Below are positions 1-16,714 of a stretch of DNA of 64,000 nucleotides, piece after piece. The position numbers were made by a program, and so were the translations under genes. Under the pieces are notes generated by a model. It was not told the origin of the DNA and made no database searches. It saw only the letters and a list, made by a program, of their open reading frames with translations. This DNA is from Macrostomum hystrix (lineage: Eukaryota > Animalia > Platyhelminthes): assembly GCA_950097015.1 (NCBI GenBank), contig CATNEN010000039.1:1054001-1118000 (forward strand), in the 5' to 3' direction. Each line of letters starts with the position of its first letter. The stretch's first letter is position 1.

Positions 1-3000
1 CTACAGTGTATCATCTCTATCACTACAGTGTATCATCTTTATCACTACTGTGTATCATCTCTATCACTACAGTGTATCATCTCTATCACTAAAGTGTATC
101 ATCTCTATCACTACAGTGTATCATCTCCATCACTACAGTGTATCATCTCCATCACTACAGTGTATCATCTCTATCACTACAGTGTATCATCTCTATCACT
201 ACAGTGTATCATCTTTATCACTACAGTGTATCATCTCTATCACTACAGTGTATCATCTCTATCACTACAGTGTATCATCTCTATCACTACAGTGTATCAT
301 CTTTATCACTACTGTGTATCATCTCTATCACTACTGTGTATCATCTCTATCACTACAGTGTATCATCTCTATCACTACAGTGTATCATCTCCATCACTAC
401 AGTGAATCGTCTCTATCAACAGTGTATCATCTCTATCACTACAGTGTATCATCTCTATCACTACTGTGTATCATCTCTATCACTACAGTGTATCATCTCC
501 ATCACTACAGTGTATCATCTCTATCACTACAGTGTATCATCTCTATCACTACAGTGTATCATCTTTATCACTACAGTGTATCATCTCTATCACTACAGTG
601 TATCATCTCCATCACTACAGTGTATCATCTTTATCACTACAGTGTATCATCTCTATCACTACAGTGTATCATCTCTATCACTACAGTGTATCATCTCTAT
701 CACTACAGTGTATCATCTTTATCACTACTGTGTATCATCTCTATCACTACTGTGTATCATCTCTATCACTACAGTGTATCATCTCTATCACTACAGTGTA
801 TCATCTCCATCACTACAGTGAATCGTCTCTATCAACAGTGTATCATCTTTCTCACTACAGTGTATCATCTCCATCACTACAGTGTATCATCTCCATCACT
901 ACAGTGTATCATCTTTATCACTACAGTGTATCATCTCTATCACTACAGTGTATCATCTCTATCACTACAGTGTATCATCTCTATCACTACAGTGTATCAT
1001 CTCTATCACTAAAGTGTATCATCTCCATCACTACTGTGTATCATCTCTATCACTACAGTGTATCATCTCTATCACTACAGTGTATCATCTCTATCACTAC
1101 AGTGTATCATCTTTATCACTACAGTGTATCATCTTTATCACTACTGTGTATCATCTCTATCACTACAGTGTATCATCTCTATCACTACAGTGTATCATCT
1201 CCATCACTACAGTGTATCATCTTTATCACTACAGTGTATCATCTCTATCACTACAGTGTATCATCTCTATCACTACAGTGTATCATCTCCATCACTACAG
1301 TGTATCATCTCTATCACTACAGTGTATCATCTCTATCACTACAGTGTATCATCTCTATCACTACAGTGTATCATCTCTATCACTAAAGTGTATCATCTCT
1401 ATCACTACTGTGTATCATCTCTATCACTACAGTGTATCATCTCCATCACTACAGTGTATCATCTCCATCACTACAGTGTATCATCTCCATCACTACAGTG
1501 TATCATCTCTATCACTACAGTGTATCATCTCTATCACTACAGTGTATCATCTTTATCACTACAGTGTATCATCTCTATCACTACAGTGTATCATCTCTAT
1601 CACTACAGTGTATCATCTTTATCACTACTGTGTATCATCTCTATCACTACTGTGTATCATCTCTATCACTACAGTGTATCATCTCTATAACTACAGTGTA
1701 TCATCTCCATCACTACAGTGAATCGTCTCTATCAACAGTGTATCATCTCTATCACTACAGTGTATCATCTTTATCACTACAGTGTATCATCTCTATCACT
1801 ACAGTGTATCATCTTTATCACTACAGTGTATCATCTCTACCACTACAGTGTATCATCTCTATCACTACAGTGTATCATCTCTATCACTAGTGTATCATCT
1901 CTATCACTACAGTGTATCATCTCTATCACTAAAGTGTATCATCTCTATCACTACTGTGTATCATCTCTATCACTACAGTGTATCATCTCCATCACTACAG
2001 TGTATCATCTCTATCACTACAGTGTATCATCTCCATCACTACAGTGTATCATCTCTATCACTACAGTGTATCATCTCTATCACTACAGTGTATCATCTTT
2101 ATCACTACAGTGTATCATCTCTATCACTACAGTGTATCATCTCCATCACTACAGTGTATCATCTCTATCACTACAGTGTATCATCTCCATCACTACAGTG
2201 TATCATCTTTATCACTACAGTGTATCATCTCTATCACTACAGTGTATCATCTCTATCACTACAGTGTATCATCTCTATCACTACAGTGTATCATCTCTAT
2301 CACTACAGTGTATCATCTCTATCACTACAGTGTATCATCTCTATCACTACAGTGTATCATCTTTATCACTACAGTGTATCATCTTTATCACTACAGTGTA
2401 TCATCTCTATCACTACAGTGTATCATCTCCATCACTACAGTGTATCATCTCTATCACTACAGTGTATCATCTCTATCACTACAGTGTATCATCTCTATCA
2501 CTACAGTGTATCATCTCTATCACTACAGTGTATCATCTCTATCACTACAGTGTATCATCTCTATCACTACAGTGTATCATCTTTATCACTACAGTGTATC
2601 ATCTCCATCACTACAGTGTATCATCTTTATCACTACAGTGTATCATCTCCATCACTACAGTGTATCATCTTTATCACTACAGTGTATCATCTCTATCACT
2701 ACAGTGTATCATCTCTATCACTACAGTGTATCATCTCCATCACTACAGTGTATCATCTCTATCACTACAGTGTATCATCTCTATCACTACAGTGTATCAT
2801 CTCTATCACTACAGTGTATCATCTCTATCACTACAGTGTATCATCTCTATCACTACAGTGTATCATCTCTATCACTACAGTGTATCATCTCTATCACTAC
2901 AGTGTATCATCTTTATCACTACAGTGTATCATCTCTATCACTACAGTGTATCATCTCTATCACTACAGTGTATCATCTCTATCACTACAGTGTATCATCT

Positions 3001-6000
3001 CTATCACTAAAGTGTATCATCTCTATCACTACTGTGTATCATCTCTATCACTACAGTGTATCATCTCCATCACTACAGTGTATCATCTCTATCACTACAG
3101 TGTATCATCTCTATCACTACAGTGTATCATCTTTATCACTACAGTGTATCATCTCTATCACTACAGTGTATCATCTCCATCACTACAGTGTATCATCTTT
3201 ATCACTACAGTGTATCATCTCTATCACTACAGTGTATCATCTCTATCACTACAGTGTATCATCTCTATCACTACAGTGTATCATCTTTATCACTACTGTG
3301 TATCATCTCTATCACTACTGTGTATCATCTCTATCACTACAGTGTATCATCTCTATCACTACAGTGTATCATCTCCATCACTACAGTGAATCGTCTCTAT
3401 CAACAGTGTATCATCTTTATCACTACAGTGTATCATCTCCATCACTACAGTGTATCATCTCCATCACTACAGTGTATCATCTTTATCACTACAGTGTATC
3501 ATCTCTATCACTACAGTGTATCATCTCTATCACTACAGTGTATCATCTCTATCACTACAGTGTATCATCTCTATCACTAAAGTGTATCATCTCTATCACT
3601 ACAGTGTATCATCTCTATCACTAAAGTGTATCATCTCTATCACTACTGTGTATCATCTCTATCACTACAGTGTATCATCTCCATCACTACAGTGTATCAT
3701 CTCCATCACTACAGTGTATCATCTCCATCACTACAGTGTATCATCTCTATCACTACAGTGTATCATCTCTATCACTACAGTGTATCATCTTTATCACTAC
3801 AGTGTATCATCTCTATCACTACAGTGTATCATCTCTATCACTACAGTGTATCATCTCCATCACTACAGTGAATCGTCTCTATCAACAGTGTATCATCTCT
3901 ATCACTACAGTGTATCATCTTTATCACTACAGTGTATCATCTCTATCACTACAGTGTATCATCTTTATCACTACAGTGTATCATCTCTATCACTACAGTG
4001 TATCATCTCTATCACTACAGTGTATCATCTCTATCACTAGTGTATCATCTCTATCACTACAGTGAATCATCTCTATCACTACAGTGTATCATCTCTATCA
4101 CTACAGTGTATCATCTCTATCACTACAGTGTATCATCTTTATCACTACAGTGTATCATCTCCATCACTACAGTGTATCATCTTTATCACTACAGTGTATC
4201 ATCTCTATCACTACAGTGTATCATCTCTATCACTACAGTGTATCATCTCCATCACTACAGTGTATCATCTCTATCACTACAGTGTATCATCTCTATCACT
4301 ACAGTGTATCATCTCTATCACTACAGTGTATCATCTCTATCACTACAGTGTATCATCTCTATCACTACAGTGTATCATCTCTATCACTACAGTGTATCAT
4401 CTCCATCACTACAGTGTATCATCTCTATCACTACAGTGTATCATCTCTATCACTACAGTGTATCATCTCTATCACTACAGTGTATCATCTCTATCACTAC
4501 AGTGTATCATCTCTATCACTACAGTGTATCATCTCTATCACTACAGTGTATCATCTCTATCACTACAGTGTATCATCTCTATCACTACAGTGTATCATCT
4601 CTATCACTACAGTGTATCATCTCTATCACTAAAGTGTATCATCTCTATCACTACTGTGTATCATCTCTATCACTACAGTGTATCATCTCCATCACTACAG
4701 TGTATCATCTCCATCACTACAGTGTATCATCTCTATCACTACAGTGTATCATCTTTATCACTACAGTGTATCATCTCTATCACTACAGTGTATCATCTCC
4801 ATCACTACAGTGTATCATCTCTATCACTACAGTGTATCATCTCTATCACTACAGTGTATCATCTTTATCACTACTGTGTATCATCTCTATCACTACAGTG
4901 TATCATCTCTATCACTAAAGTGTATCATCTCTATCACTACAGTGTATCATCTCCATCACTACAGTGTATCATCTCCATCACTACAGTGTATCATCTCTAT
5001 CACTACAGTGTATCATCTCTATCACTACAGTGTATCATCTTTATCACTACAGTGTATCATCTCTATCACTACAGTGTATCATCTCTATCACTACAGTGTA
5101 TCATCTCTATCACTACAGTGTATCATCTTTATCACTACTGTGTATCATCTCTATCACTACTGTGTATCATCTCTATCACTACAGTGTATCATCTCTATCA
5201 CTACAGTGTATCATCTCCATCACTACAGTGAATCGTCTCTATCAACAGTGTATCATCTCTATCACTACAGTGTATCATCTTTATCACTACAGTGTATCAT
5301 CTCTATCACTACAGTGTATCATCTTTATCACTACAGTGTATCATCTCTATCACTACAGTGTATCATCTCTATCACTACAGTGTATCATCTCTATCACTAC
5401 AGTGTATCATCTCTATCACTAGTGTATCATCTCTATCACTACAGTGTATCATCTCTATCACTAAAGTGTATCATCTCTATCACTACTGTGTATCATCTCT
5501 ATCACTACAGTGTATCATCTCCATCACTACAGTGTATCATCTCTATCACTACAGTGTATCATCTCCATCACTACTGTGTATCATCTCTATCACTACAGTG
5601 TATCATCTCTATCACTACAGTGTATCATCTCTATCACTACAGTGTATCATCTCTATCACTACAGTGTATCATCTCTATCACTACAGTGTATCATCTCTAT
5701 CACTACAGTGTATCATCTCTATCACTACAGTGTATCATCTTTATCACTACTGTGTATCATCTCTATCACTACAGTGTATCATCTCTATCACTACAGTGTA
5801 TCATCTCCATCACTACAGTGTATCATCTCTATCACTACAGTGTATCATCTCCATCACTACAGTGTATCATCTTTATCACTACAGTGTATCATCTCTATCA
5901 CTACAGTGTATCATCTCTATCACTACAGTGTATCATCTCTATCACTACAGTGTATCATCTCTATCACTACAGTGTATCATCTCTATCACTACAGTGTATC

Positions 6001-9000
6001 ATCTTTATCACTACAGTGTATCATCTTTATCACTACTGTGTATCATCTCTATCACTACAGTGTATCATCTCTATCACTACAGTGTATCATCTCCATCACT
6101 ACAGTGTATCATCTTTATCACTACAGTGTATCATCTCTATCACTACAGTGTATCATCTCTATCACTACAGTGTATCATCTCCATCACTACAGTGTATCAT
6201 CTCTATCACTACAGTGTATCATCTCTATCACTACAGTGTATCATCTCTATCACTACAGTGTATCATCTCTATCACTAAAGTGTATCATCTCTATCACTAC
6301 TGTGTATCATCTCTATCACTACAGTGTATCATCTCCATCACTACAGTGTATCATCTCCATCACTACAGTGTATCATCTCCATCACTACAGTGTATCATCT
6401 CTATCACTACAGTGTATCATCTCTATCACTACAGTGTATCATCTTTATCACTACAGTGTATCATCTCTATCACTACAGTGTATCATCTCTATCACTACAG
6501 TGTATCATCTTTATCACTACTGTGTATCATCTCTATCACTACTGTGTATCATCTCTATCACTACAGTGTATCATCTCTATAACTACAGTGTATCATCTCC
6601 ATCACTACAGTGAATCGTCTCTATCAACAGTGTATCATCTCTATCACTACAGTGTATCATCTTTATCACTACAGTGTATCATCTCTATCACTACAGTGTA
6701 TCATCTTTATCACTACAGTGTATCATCTCTACCACTACAGTGTATCATCTCTATCACTACAGTGTATCATCTCTATCACTAGTGTATCATCTCTATCACT
6801 ACAGTGTATCATCTCTATCACTAAAGTGTATCATCTCTATCACTACTGTGTATCATCTCTATCACTACAGTGTATCATCTCTATCACTACAGTGTATCAT
6901 CTCTATCACTACAGTGTATCATCTCTATCACTACAGTGTATCATCTCTATCACTACAGTGTATCATCTCTATCACTACAGTGTATCATCTCTATCACTAC
7001 AGTGTATCATCTCTATCACTACAGTGTATCATCTTTATCACTACTGTGTATCATCTCTATCACTACAGTGTATCATCTCTATCACTACAGTGTATCATCT
7101 CCATCACTACAGTGTATCATCTCTATCACTACAGTGTATCATCTCCATCACTACAGTGTATCATCTTTATCACTACAGTGTATCATCTCTATCACTACAG
7201 TGTATCATCTCTATCACTACAGTGTATCATCTCTATCACTACAGTGTATCATCTCTATCACTACAGTGTATCATCTCTATCACTACAGTGTATCATCTTT
7301 ATCACTACAGTGTATCATCTTTATCACTACTGTGTATCATCTCTATCACTACAGTGTATCATCTCTATCACTACAGTGTATCATCTCCATCACTACAGTG
7401 TATCATCTTTATCACTACAGTGTATCATCTCTATCACTACAGTGTATCATCTCTATCACTACAGTGTATCATCTCCATCACTACAGTGTATCATCTCTAT
7501 CACTACAGTGTATCATCTCTATCACTACAGTGTATCATCTCTATCACTACAGTGTATCATCTCTATCACTAAAGTGTATCATCTCTATCACTACTGTGTA
7601 TCATCTCTATCACTACAGTGTATCATCTCCATCACTACAGTGTATCATCTCCATCACTACAGTGTATCATCTCCATCACTACAGTGTATCATCTCTATCA
7701 CTACAGTGTATCATCTCTATCACTACAGTGTATCATCTTTATCACTACAGTGTATCATCTCTATCACTACAGTGTATCATCTCTATCACTACAGTGTATC
7801 ATCTTTATCACTACTGTGTATCATCTCTATCACTACTGTGTATCATCTCTATCACTACAGTGTATCATCTCTATAACTACAGTGTATCATCTCCATCACT
7901 ACAGTGAATCGTCTCTATCAACAGTGTATCATCTCTATCACTACAGTGTATCATCTTTATCACTACAGTGTATCATCTCTATCACTACAGTGTATCATCT
8001 TTATCACTACAGTGTATCATCTCTACCACTACAGTGTATCATCTCTATCACTACAGTGTATCATCTCTATCACTAGTGTATCATCTCTATCACTACAGTG
8101 TATCATCTCTATCACTAAAGTGTATCATCTCTATCACTACTGTGTATCATCTCTATCACTACAGTGTATCATCTCCATCACTACAGTGTATCATCTCTAT
8201 CACTACAGTGTATCATCTCCATCACTACAGTGTATCATCTCTATCACTACAGTGTATCATCTCTATCACTACAGTGTATCATCTTTATCACTACAGTGTA
8301 TCATCTCTATCACTACAGTGTATCATCTCCATCACTACAGTGTATCATCTCTATCACTACAGTGTATCATCTCCATCACTACAGTGTATCATCTTTATCA
8401 CTACAGTGTATCATCTCTATCACTACAGTGTATCATCTCTATCACTACAGTGTATCATCTCTATCACTACAGTGTATCATCTCTATCACTACAGTGTATC
8501 ATCTCTATCACTACAGTGTATCATCTCTATCACTACAGTGTATCATCTTTATCACTACAGTGTATCATCTTTATCACTACAGTGTATCATCTCTATCACT
8601 ACAGTGTATCATCTCCATCACTACAGTGTATCATCTCTATCACTACAGTGTATCATCTCTATCACTACAGTGTATCATCTCTATCACTACAGTGTATCAT
8701 CTCTATCACTACAGTGTATCATCTCTATCACTACAGTGTATCATCTCTATCACTACAGTGTATCATCTTTATCACTACAGTGTATCATCTCCATCACTAC
8801 AGTGTATCATCTTTATCACTACAGTGTATCATCTCCATCACTACAGTGTATCATCTTTATCACTACAGTGTATCATCTCTATCACTACAGTGTATCATCT
8901 CTATCACTACAGTGTATCATCTCCATCACTACAGTGTATCATCTCTATCACTACAGTGTATCATCTCTATCACTACAGTGTATCATCTCTATCACTACAG

Positions 9001-12000
9001 TGTATCATCTCTATCACTACAGTGTATCATCTCTATCACTACAGTGTATCATCTCTATCACTACAGTGTATCATCTCTATCACTACAGTGTATCATCTTT
9101 ATCACTACAGTGTATCATCTCTATCACTACAGTGTATCATCTCTATCACTACAGTGTATCATCTCTATCACTACAGTGTATCATCTCTATCACTAAAGTG
9201 TATCATCTCTATCACTACTGTGTATCATCTCTATCACTACAGTGTATCATCTCCATCACTACAGTGTATCATCTCTATCACTACAGTGTATCATCTCTAT
9301 CACTACAGTGTATCATCTTTATCACTACAGTGTATCATCTCTATCACTACAGTGTATCATCTCCATCACTACAGTGTATCATCTTTATCACTACAGTGTA
9401 TCATCTCTATCACTACAGTGTATCATCTCTATCACTACAGTGTATCATCTCTATCACTACAGTGTATCATCTTTATCACTACTGTGTATCATCTCTATCA
9501 CTACTGTGTATCATCTCTATCACTACAGTGTATCATCTCTATCACTACAGTGTATCATCTCCATCACTACAGTGAATCGTCTCTATCAACAGTGTATCAT
9601 CTTTATCACTACAGTGTATCATCTCCATCACTACAGTGTATCATCTCCATCACTACAGTGTATCATCTTTATCACTACAGTGTATCATCTCTATCACTAC
9701 AGTGTATCATCTCTATCACTACAGTGTATCATCTCTATCACTACAGTGTATCATCTCTATCACTAAAGTGTATCATCTCTATCACTACAGTGTATCATCT
9801 CTATCACTAAAGTGTATCATCTCTATCACTACTGTGTATCATCTCTATCACTACAGTGTATCATCTCCATCACTACAGTGTATCATCTCCATCACTACAG
9901 TGTATCATCTCCATCACTACAGTGTATCATCTCTATCACTACAGTGTATCATCTCTATCACTACAGTGTATCATCTTTATCACTACAGTGTATCATCTCT
10001 ATCACTACAGTGTATCATCTCTATCACTACAGTGTATCATCTCCATCACTACAGTGAATCGTCTCTATCAACAGTGTATCATCTCTATCACTACAGTGTA
10101 TCATCTTTATCACTACAGTGTATCATCTCTATCACTACAGTGTATCATCTTTATCACTACAGTGTATCATCTCTATCACTACAGTGTATCATCTCTATCA
10201 CTACAGTGTATCATCTCTATCACTAGTGTATCATCTCTATCACTACAGTGAATCATCTCTATCACTACAGTGTATCATCTCTATCACTACAGTGTATCAT
10301 CTCTATCACTACAGTGTATCATCTTTATCACTACAGTGTATCATCTCCATCACTACAGTGTATCATCTTTATCACTACAGTGTATCATCTCCATCACTAC
10401 AGTGTATCATCTCCATCACTACAGTGTATCATCTCTATCACTACAGTGTATCATCTCTATCACTACAGTGTATCATCTTTATCACTACAGTGTATCATCT
10501 CTATCACTACAGTGTATCATCTCTATCACTACAGTGTATCATCTCTATCACTACAGTGTATCATCTTTATCACTACTGTGTATCATCTCTATCACTACTG
10601 TGTATCATCTCTATCACTACAGTGTATCATCTCTATCACTACAGTGTATCATCTCCATCACTACAGTGAATCGTCTCTATCAACAGTGTATCATCTCTAT
10701 CACTACAGTGTATCATCTTTATCACTACAGTGTATCATCTCTATCACTACAGTGTATCATCTTTATCACTACAGTGTATCATCTCTATCACTACAGTGTA
10801 TCATCTCTATCACTACAGTGTATCATCTCTATCACTAGTGTATCATCTCTATCACTACAGTGAATCATCTCTATCACTACAGTGTATCATCTCTATCACT
10901 ACAGTGTATCATCTCTATCACTACAGTGTATCATCTTTATCACTACAGTGTATCATCTCCATCACTACAGTGTATCATCTCTATCACTACAGTGTATCAT
11001 CTCTATCACTACAGTGTATCATCTCTATCACTACAGTGTATCATCTTTATCACTACTGTGTATCATCTCTATCACTACAGTGTATCATCTCTATCACTAC
11101 AGTGTATCATCTCTATCACTAGTGTATCATCTCTATCACTACAGTGTATCATCTCTATCACTAAAGTGTATCATCTCTATCACTACTGTGTATCATCTCT
11201 ATCACTACAGTGTATCATCTCCATCACTACAGTGTATCATCTCCATCACTACAGTGTATCATCTCTATCACTACAGTGTATCATCTCTATCACTACAGTG
11301 TATCATCTCTATCACTACAGTGTATCATCTTTATCACTACTGTGTATCATCTCTATCACTACAGTGTATCATCTCTATCACTACAGTGTATCATCTCCAT
11401 CACTACAGTGAATCGTCTCTATCAACAGTGTATCATCTCTATCACTACAGTGTATCATCTTTATCACTACAGTGTATCATCTCTATCACTACAGTGTATC
11501 ATCTCTATCACTACAGTGTATCATCTCTATCACTACAGTGTATCATCTTTATCACTACAGTGTATCATCTCTATCACTACAGTGTATCATCTCCATCACT
11601 ACAGTGAATCGTCTCTATCAACAGTGTATCATCTCTATCACTACAGTGTATCATCTTTATCACTACAGTGTATCATCTCTATCACTACAGTGTATCATCT
11701 TTATCACTACAGTGTATCATCTCTACCACTACAGTGTATCATCTCTATCACTACAGTGTATCATCTCTATCACTAGTGTATCATCTCTATCACTACAGTG
11801 TATCATCTCTATCACTAAAGTGTATCATCTCTATCACTACTGTGTATCATCTCTATCACTACAGTGTATCATCTCCATCACTACAGTGTATCATCTCTAT
11901 CACTACAGTGTATCATCTCCATCACTACAGTGTATCATCTCTATCACTACAGTGTATCATCTCTATCACTACAGTGTATCATCTTTATCACTACAGTGTA

Positions 12001-15000
12001 TCATCTCTATCACTACAGTGTATCATCTCCATCACTACAGTGTATCATCTCTATCACTACAGTGTATCATCTCCATCACTACAGTGTATCATCTTTATCA
12101 CTACAGTGTATCATCTCTATCACTACAGTGTATCATCTCTATCACTACAGTGTATCATCTCTATCACTACAGTGTATCATCTCTATCACTACAGTGTATC
12201 ATCTCTATCACTACAGTGTATCATCTCTATCACTACAGTGTATCATCTTTATCACTACAGTGTATCATCTTTATCACTACAGTGTATCATCTCTATCACT
12301 ACAGTGTATCATCTCCATCACTACAGTGTATCATCTCTATCACTACAGTGTATCATCTCTATCACTACAGTGTATCATCTCTATCACTACAGTGTATCAT
12401 CTCTATCACTACAGTGTATCATCTCTATCACTACAGTGTATCATCTCTATCACTACAGTGTATCATCTTTATCACTACAGTGTATCATCTCCATCACTAC
12501 AGTGTATCATCTTTATCACTACAGTGTATCATCTCTATCACTACAGTGTATCATCTCTATCACTACAGTGTATCATCTCCATCACTACAGTGTATCATCT
12601 CTATCACTACAGTGTATCATCTCTATCACTACAGTGTATCATCTCTATCACTACAGTGTATCATCTCTATCACTACAGTGTATCATCTCTATCACTACAG
12701 TGTATCATCTCTATCACTACAGTGTATCATCTCTATCACTACAGTGTATCATCTTTATCACTACAGTGTATCATCTCTATCACTACAGTGTATCATCTCT
12801 ATCACTACAGTGTATCATCTCTATCACTACAGTGTATCATCTCTATCACTAAAGTGTATCATCTCTATCACTACTGTGTATCATCTCTATCACTACAGTG
12901 TATCATCTCCATCACTACAGTGTATCATCTCTATCACTACAGTGTATCATCTCTATCACTACAGTGTATCATCTTTATCACTACAGTGTATCATCTCTAT
13001 CACTACAGTGTATCATCTCCATCACTACAGTGTATCATCTTTATCACTACAGTGTATCATCTCTATCACTACAGTGTATCATCTCTATCACTACAGTGTA
13101 TCATCTCTATCACTACAGTGTATCATCTTTATCACTACTGTGTATCATCTCTATCACTACTGTGTATCATCTCTATCACTACAGTGTATCATCTCTATCA
13201 CTACAGTGTATCATCTCCATCACTACAGTGAATCGTCTCTATCAACAGTGTATCATCTTTATCACTACAGTGTATCATCTCCATCACTACAGTGTATCAT
13301 CTCCATCACTACAGTGTATCATCTTTATCACTACAGTGTATCATCTCTATCACTACAGTGTATCATCTCTATCACTACAGTGTATCATCTCTATCACTAC
13401 AGTGTATCATCTCTATCACTAAAGTGTATCATCTCTATCACTACAGTGTATCATCTCTATCACTAAAGTGTATCATCTCTATCACTACTGTGTATCATCT
13501 CTATCACTACAGTGTATCATCTCCATCACTACAGTGTATCATCTCCATCACTACAGTGTATCATCTCCATCACTACAGTGTATCATCTCTATCACTACAG
13601 TGTATCATCTCTATCACTACAGTGTATCATCTTTATCACTACAGTGTATCATCTCTATCACTACAGTGTATCATCTCTATCACTACAGTGTATCATCTCC
13701 ATCACTACAGTGAATCGTCTCTATCAACAGTGTATCATCTCTATCACTACAGTGTATCATCTTTATCACTACAGTGTATCATCTCCATCACTACAGTGTA
13801 TCATCTTTATCACTACAGTGTATCATCTCTATCACTACAGTGTATCATCTCTATCACTACAGTGTATCATCTCCATCACTACAGTGTATCATCTCTATCA
13901 CTACAGTGTATCATCTCTATCACTACAGTGTATCATCTCTATCACTACAGTGTATCATCTCTATCACTACAGTGTATCATCTCTATCACTACAGTGTATC
14001 ATCTCTATCACTACAGTGTATCATCTCCATCACTACAGTGTATCATCTCTATCACTACAGTGTATCATCTCTATCACTACAGTGTATCATCTCTATCACT
14101 ACAGTGTATCATCTCTATCACTACAGTGTATCATCTCTATCACTAAAGTGTATCATCTCTATCACTACTGTGTATCATCTCTATCACTACTGTGTATCAT
14201 CTCTATCACTACAGTGTATCATCTCCATCACTACAGTGTATCATCTCCATCACTACAGTGTATCATCTCTATCACTACAGTGTATCATCTTTATCACTAC
14301 AGTGTATCATCTCTATCACTACAGTGTATCATCTCCATCACTACAGTGTATCATCTCTATCACTACAGTGTATCATCTCTATCACTACAGTGTATCATCT
14401 TTATCACTACTGTGTATCATCTCTATCACTACAGTGTATCATCTCTATCACTAAAGTGTATCATCTCCATCACTACAGTGTATCATCTCCATCACTACAG
14501 TGTATCATCTCTATCACTACAGTGTATCATCTCTATCACTACAGTGTATCATCTTTATCACTACAGTGTATCATCTCTATCACTACAGTGTATCATCTCT
14601 ATCACTACAGTGTATCATCTCTATCACTACAGTGTATCATCTTTATCACTACTGTGTATCATCTCTATCACTACTGTGTATCATCTCTATCACTACAGTG
14701 TATCATCTCTATCACTACAGTGTATCATCTCCATCACTACAGTGAATCGTCTCTATCAACAGTGTATCATCTCTATCACTACAGTGTATCATCTTTATCA
14801 CTACAGTGTATCATCTCTATCACTACAGTGTATCATCTTTATCACTACAGTGTATCATCTCTATCACTACAGTGTATCATCTCTATCACTACAGTGTATC
14901 ATCTCTATCACTAGTGTATCATCTCTATCACTACAGTGAATCATCTCTATCACTACAGTGTATCATCTCTATCACTACAGTGTATCATCTCTATCACTAC

Positions 15001-16644
15001 AGTGTATCATCTTTATCACTACAGTGTATCATCTCCATCACTACAGTGTATCATCTCTATCACTACAGTGTATCATCTCTATCACTACAGTGTATCATCT
15101 CTATCACTACAGTGTATCATCTTTATCACTACTGTGTATCATCTCTATCACTACAGTGTATCATCTCTATCACTACAGTGTATCATCTCTATCACTAGTG
15201 TATCATCTCTATCACTACAGTGTATCATCTCTATCACTAAAGTGTATCATCTCTATCACTACTGTGTATCATCTCTATCACTACAGTGTATCATCTCCAT
15301 CACTACAGTGTATCATCTCCATCACTACAGTGTATCATCTCTATCACTACAGTGTATCATCTCTATTACTACAGTGTATCATCTCTATCACTACAGTGTA
15401 TCATCTTTATCACTACTGTGTATCATCTCTATCACTACAGTGTATCATCTCTATCACTACAGTGTATCATCTCCATCACTACAGTGAATCGTCTCTATCA
15501 ACAGTGTATCATCTCTATCACTACAGTGTATCATCTTTATCACTACAGTGTATCATCTCTATCACTACAGTGTATCATCTCTATCACTACAGTGTATCAT
15601 CTCTATCACTACAGTGTATCATCTCTATCACTACAGTGTATCATCTCTATCTCTACAGTGTATCATCTCTATCACTACAGTGTATCATCTCTATCACTAC
15701 AGTGTATCATCTCTATCACTACAGTGTATCATCTCTATCACTACAGTAAATCGTCTCTATCACTATAGTGTATCATCTCTATCTCTACAGTGTATTATCT
15801 CTATCACTACAGTGTATCATCTCTATCACTACAGTAAATCGTCTCTATCTCTACAGTGTATCATCTTTATCACTACTGTGTATCATCTCTATCACTACAG
15901 TGTATCATCTCTATCACTACAGTGTATCATCTCTATCACTACAGTGTATCATCTCTATCACTACAGTGTATCATCTCTATCTCTACAGTGTATTATCTCT
16001 ATCACTACAGTGTATCATCTCTATCACTACAGTAAATCGTCTCTATCTCTACAGTGTATCATCTCTATCACTACAGTGTATCATCTCTATCACTACAGTG
16101 TATCATCTCTATCACTACAGTGTATCATCTCTATCACTACAGTGTATCATCTCTATCACTACAGTGTATCATCTCTATCACTACAGTGTATCATCTCTAT
16201 CACTACAGTGTATCATCTTTATCACTACAGTGTATCATCTCTATCACTACAGTGTATCATCTCTATCACTACAGTGTATCATCTCTATCACTACAGTGTA
16301 TCATCTCTATCACTACAGTGTATCATCTCTATCTCTACAGTGTATCATCTCTATCACTACAGTGTATCATCTCTATCACTACAGTGTATCATCTCTATCA
16401 CTACAGTGTATCATCTCTATCACTACAGTGTATCATCTCTATCACTACAGTGTATCATCTCTATCACTACAGTGTATCATCTCTATCACTACAGTGTATC
16501 ATCTCTATCACTACAGTGTATCATCTCTATCACTACAGTGTATCATCTCTATCACTACAGTGTATCATCTCTATCACTACAGTGTATCATCTCTATCACT
16601 ACAGTGTATCATCTCTATCACTACAGTGTATCATCTCTATCTCT
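1..16644. repeat. 22-bp satellite array (CTACAGTGTATCATCTCTATCA)n, about 750 units, truncated by the window start
   Basis: Directly visible tandem unit with a small set of recurring point variants and 20-bp deletion units. All + strand ORFs in 28..16665 are three-frame translations of this unit. Confidence 0.99.
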
Positions 16645-16714
16645 GAACACCGCTTAACAGAATAACAGTGGATCATCACTCCCGTGTCTCTTCTTTATAG
16701 AGATCATGAGTAAC

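Noticed and set aside
1-16644. CRISPR-like or information-encoding array
   Set aside because: No unique spacers, no cas genes, eukaryotic context; the variant order is explained by block duplications.
28-16665. Dozens of long ORFs (YHLYHYSVSSLSLQCIISITTV)n
   Set aside because: All three + frames are open only because the 22-bp unit lacks stops; there is no unique coding sequence.
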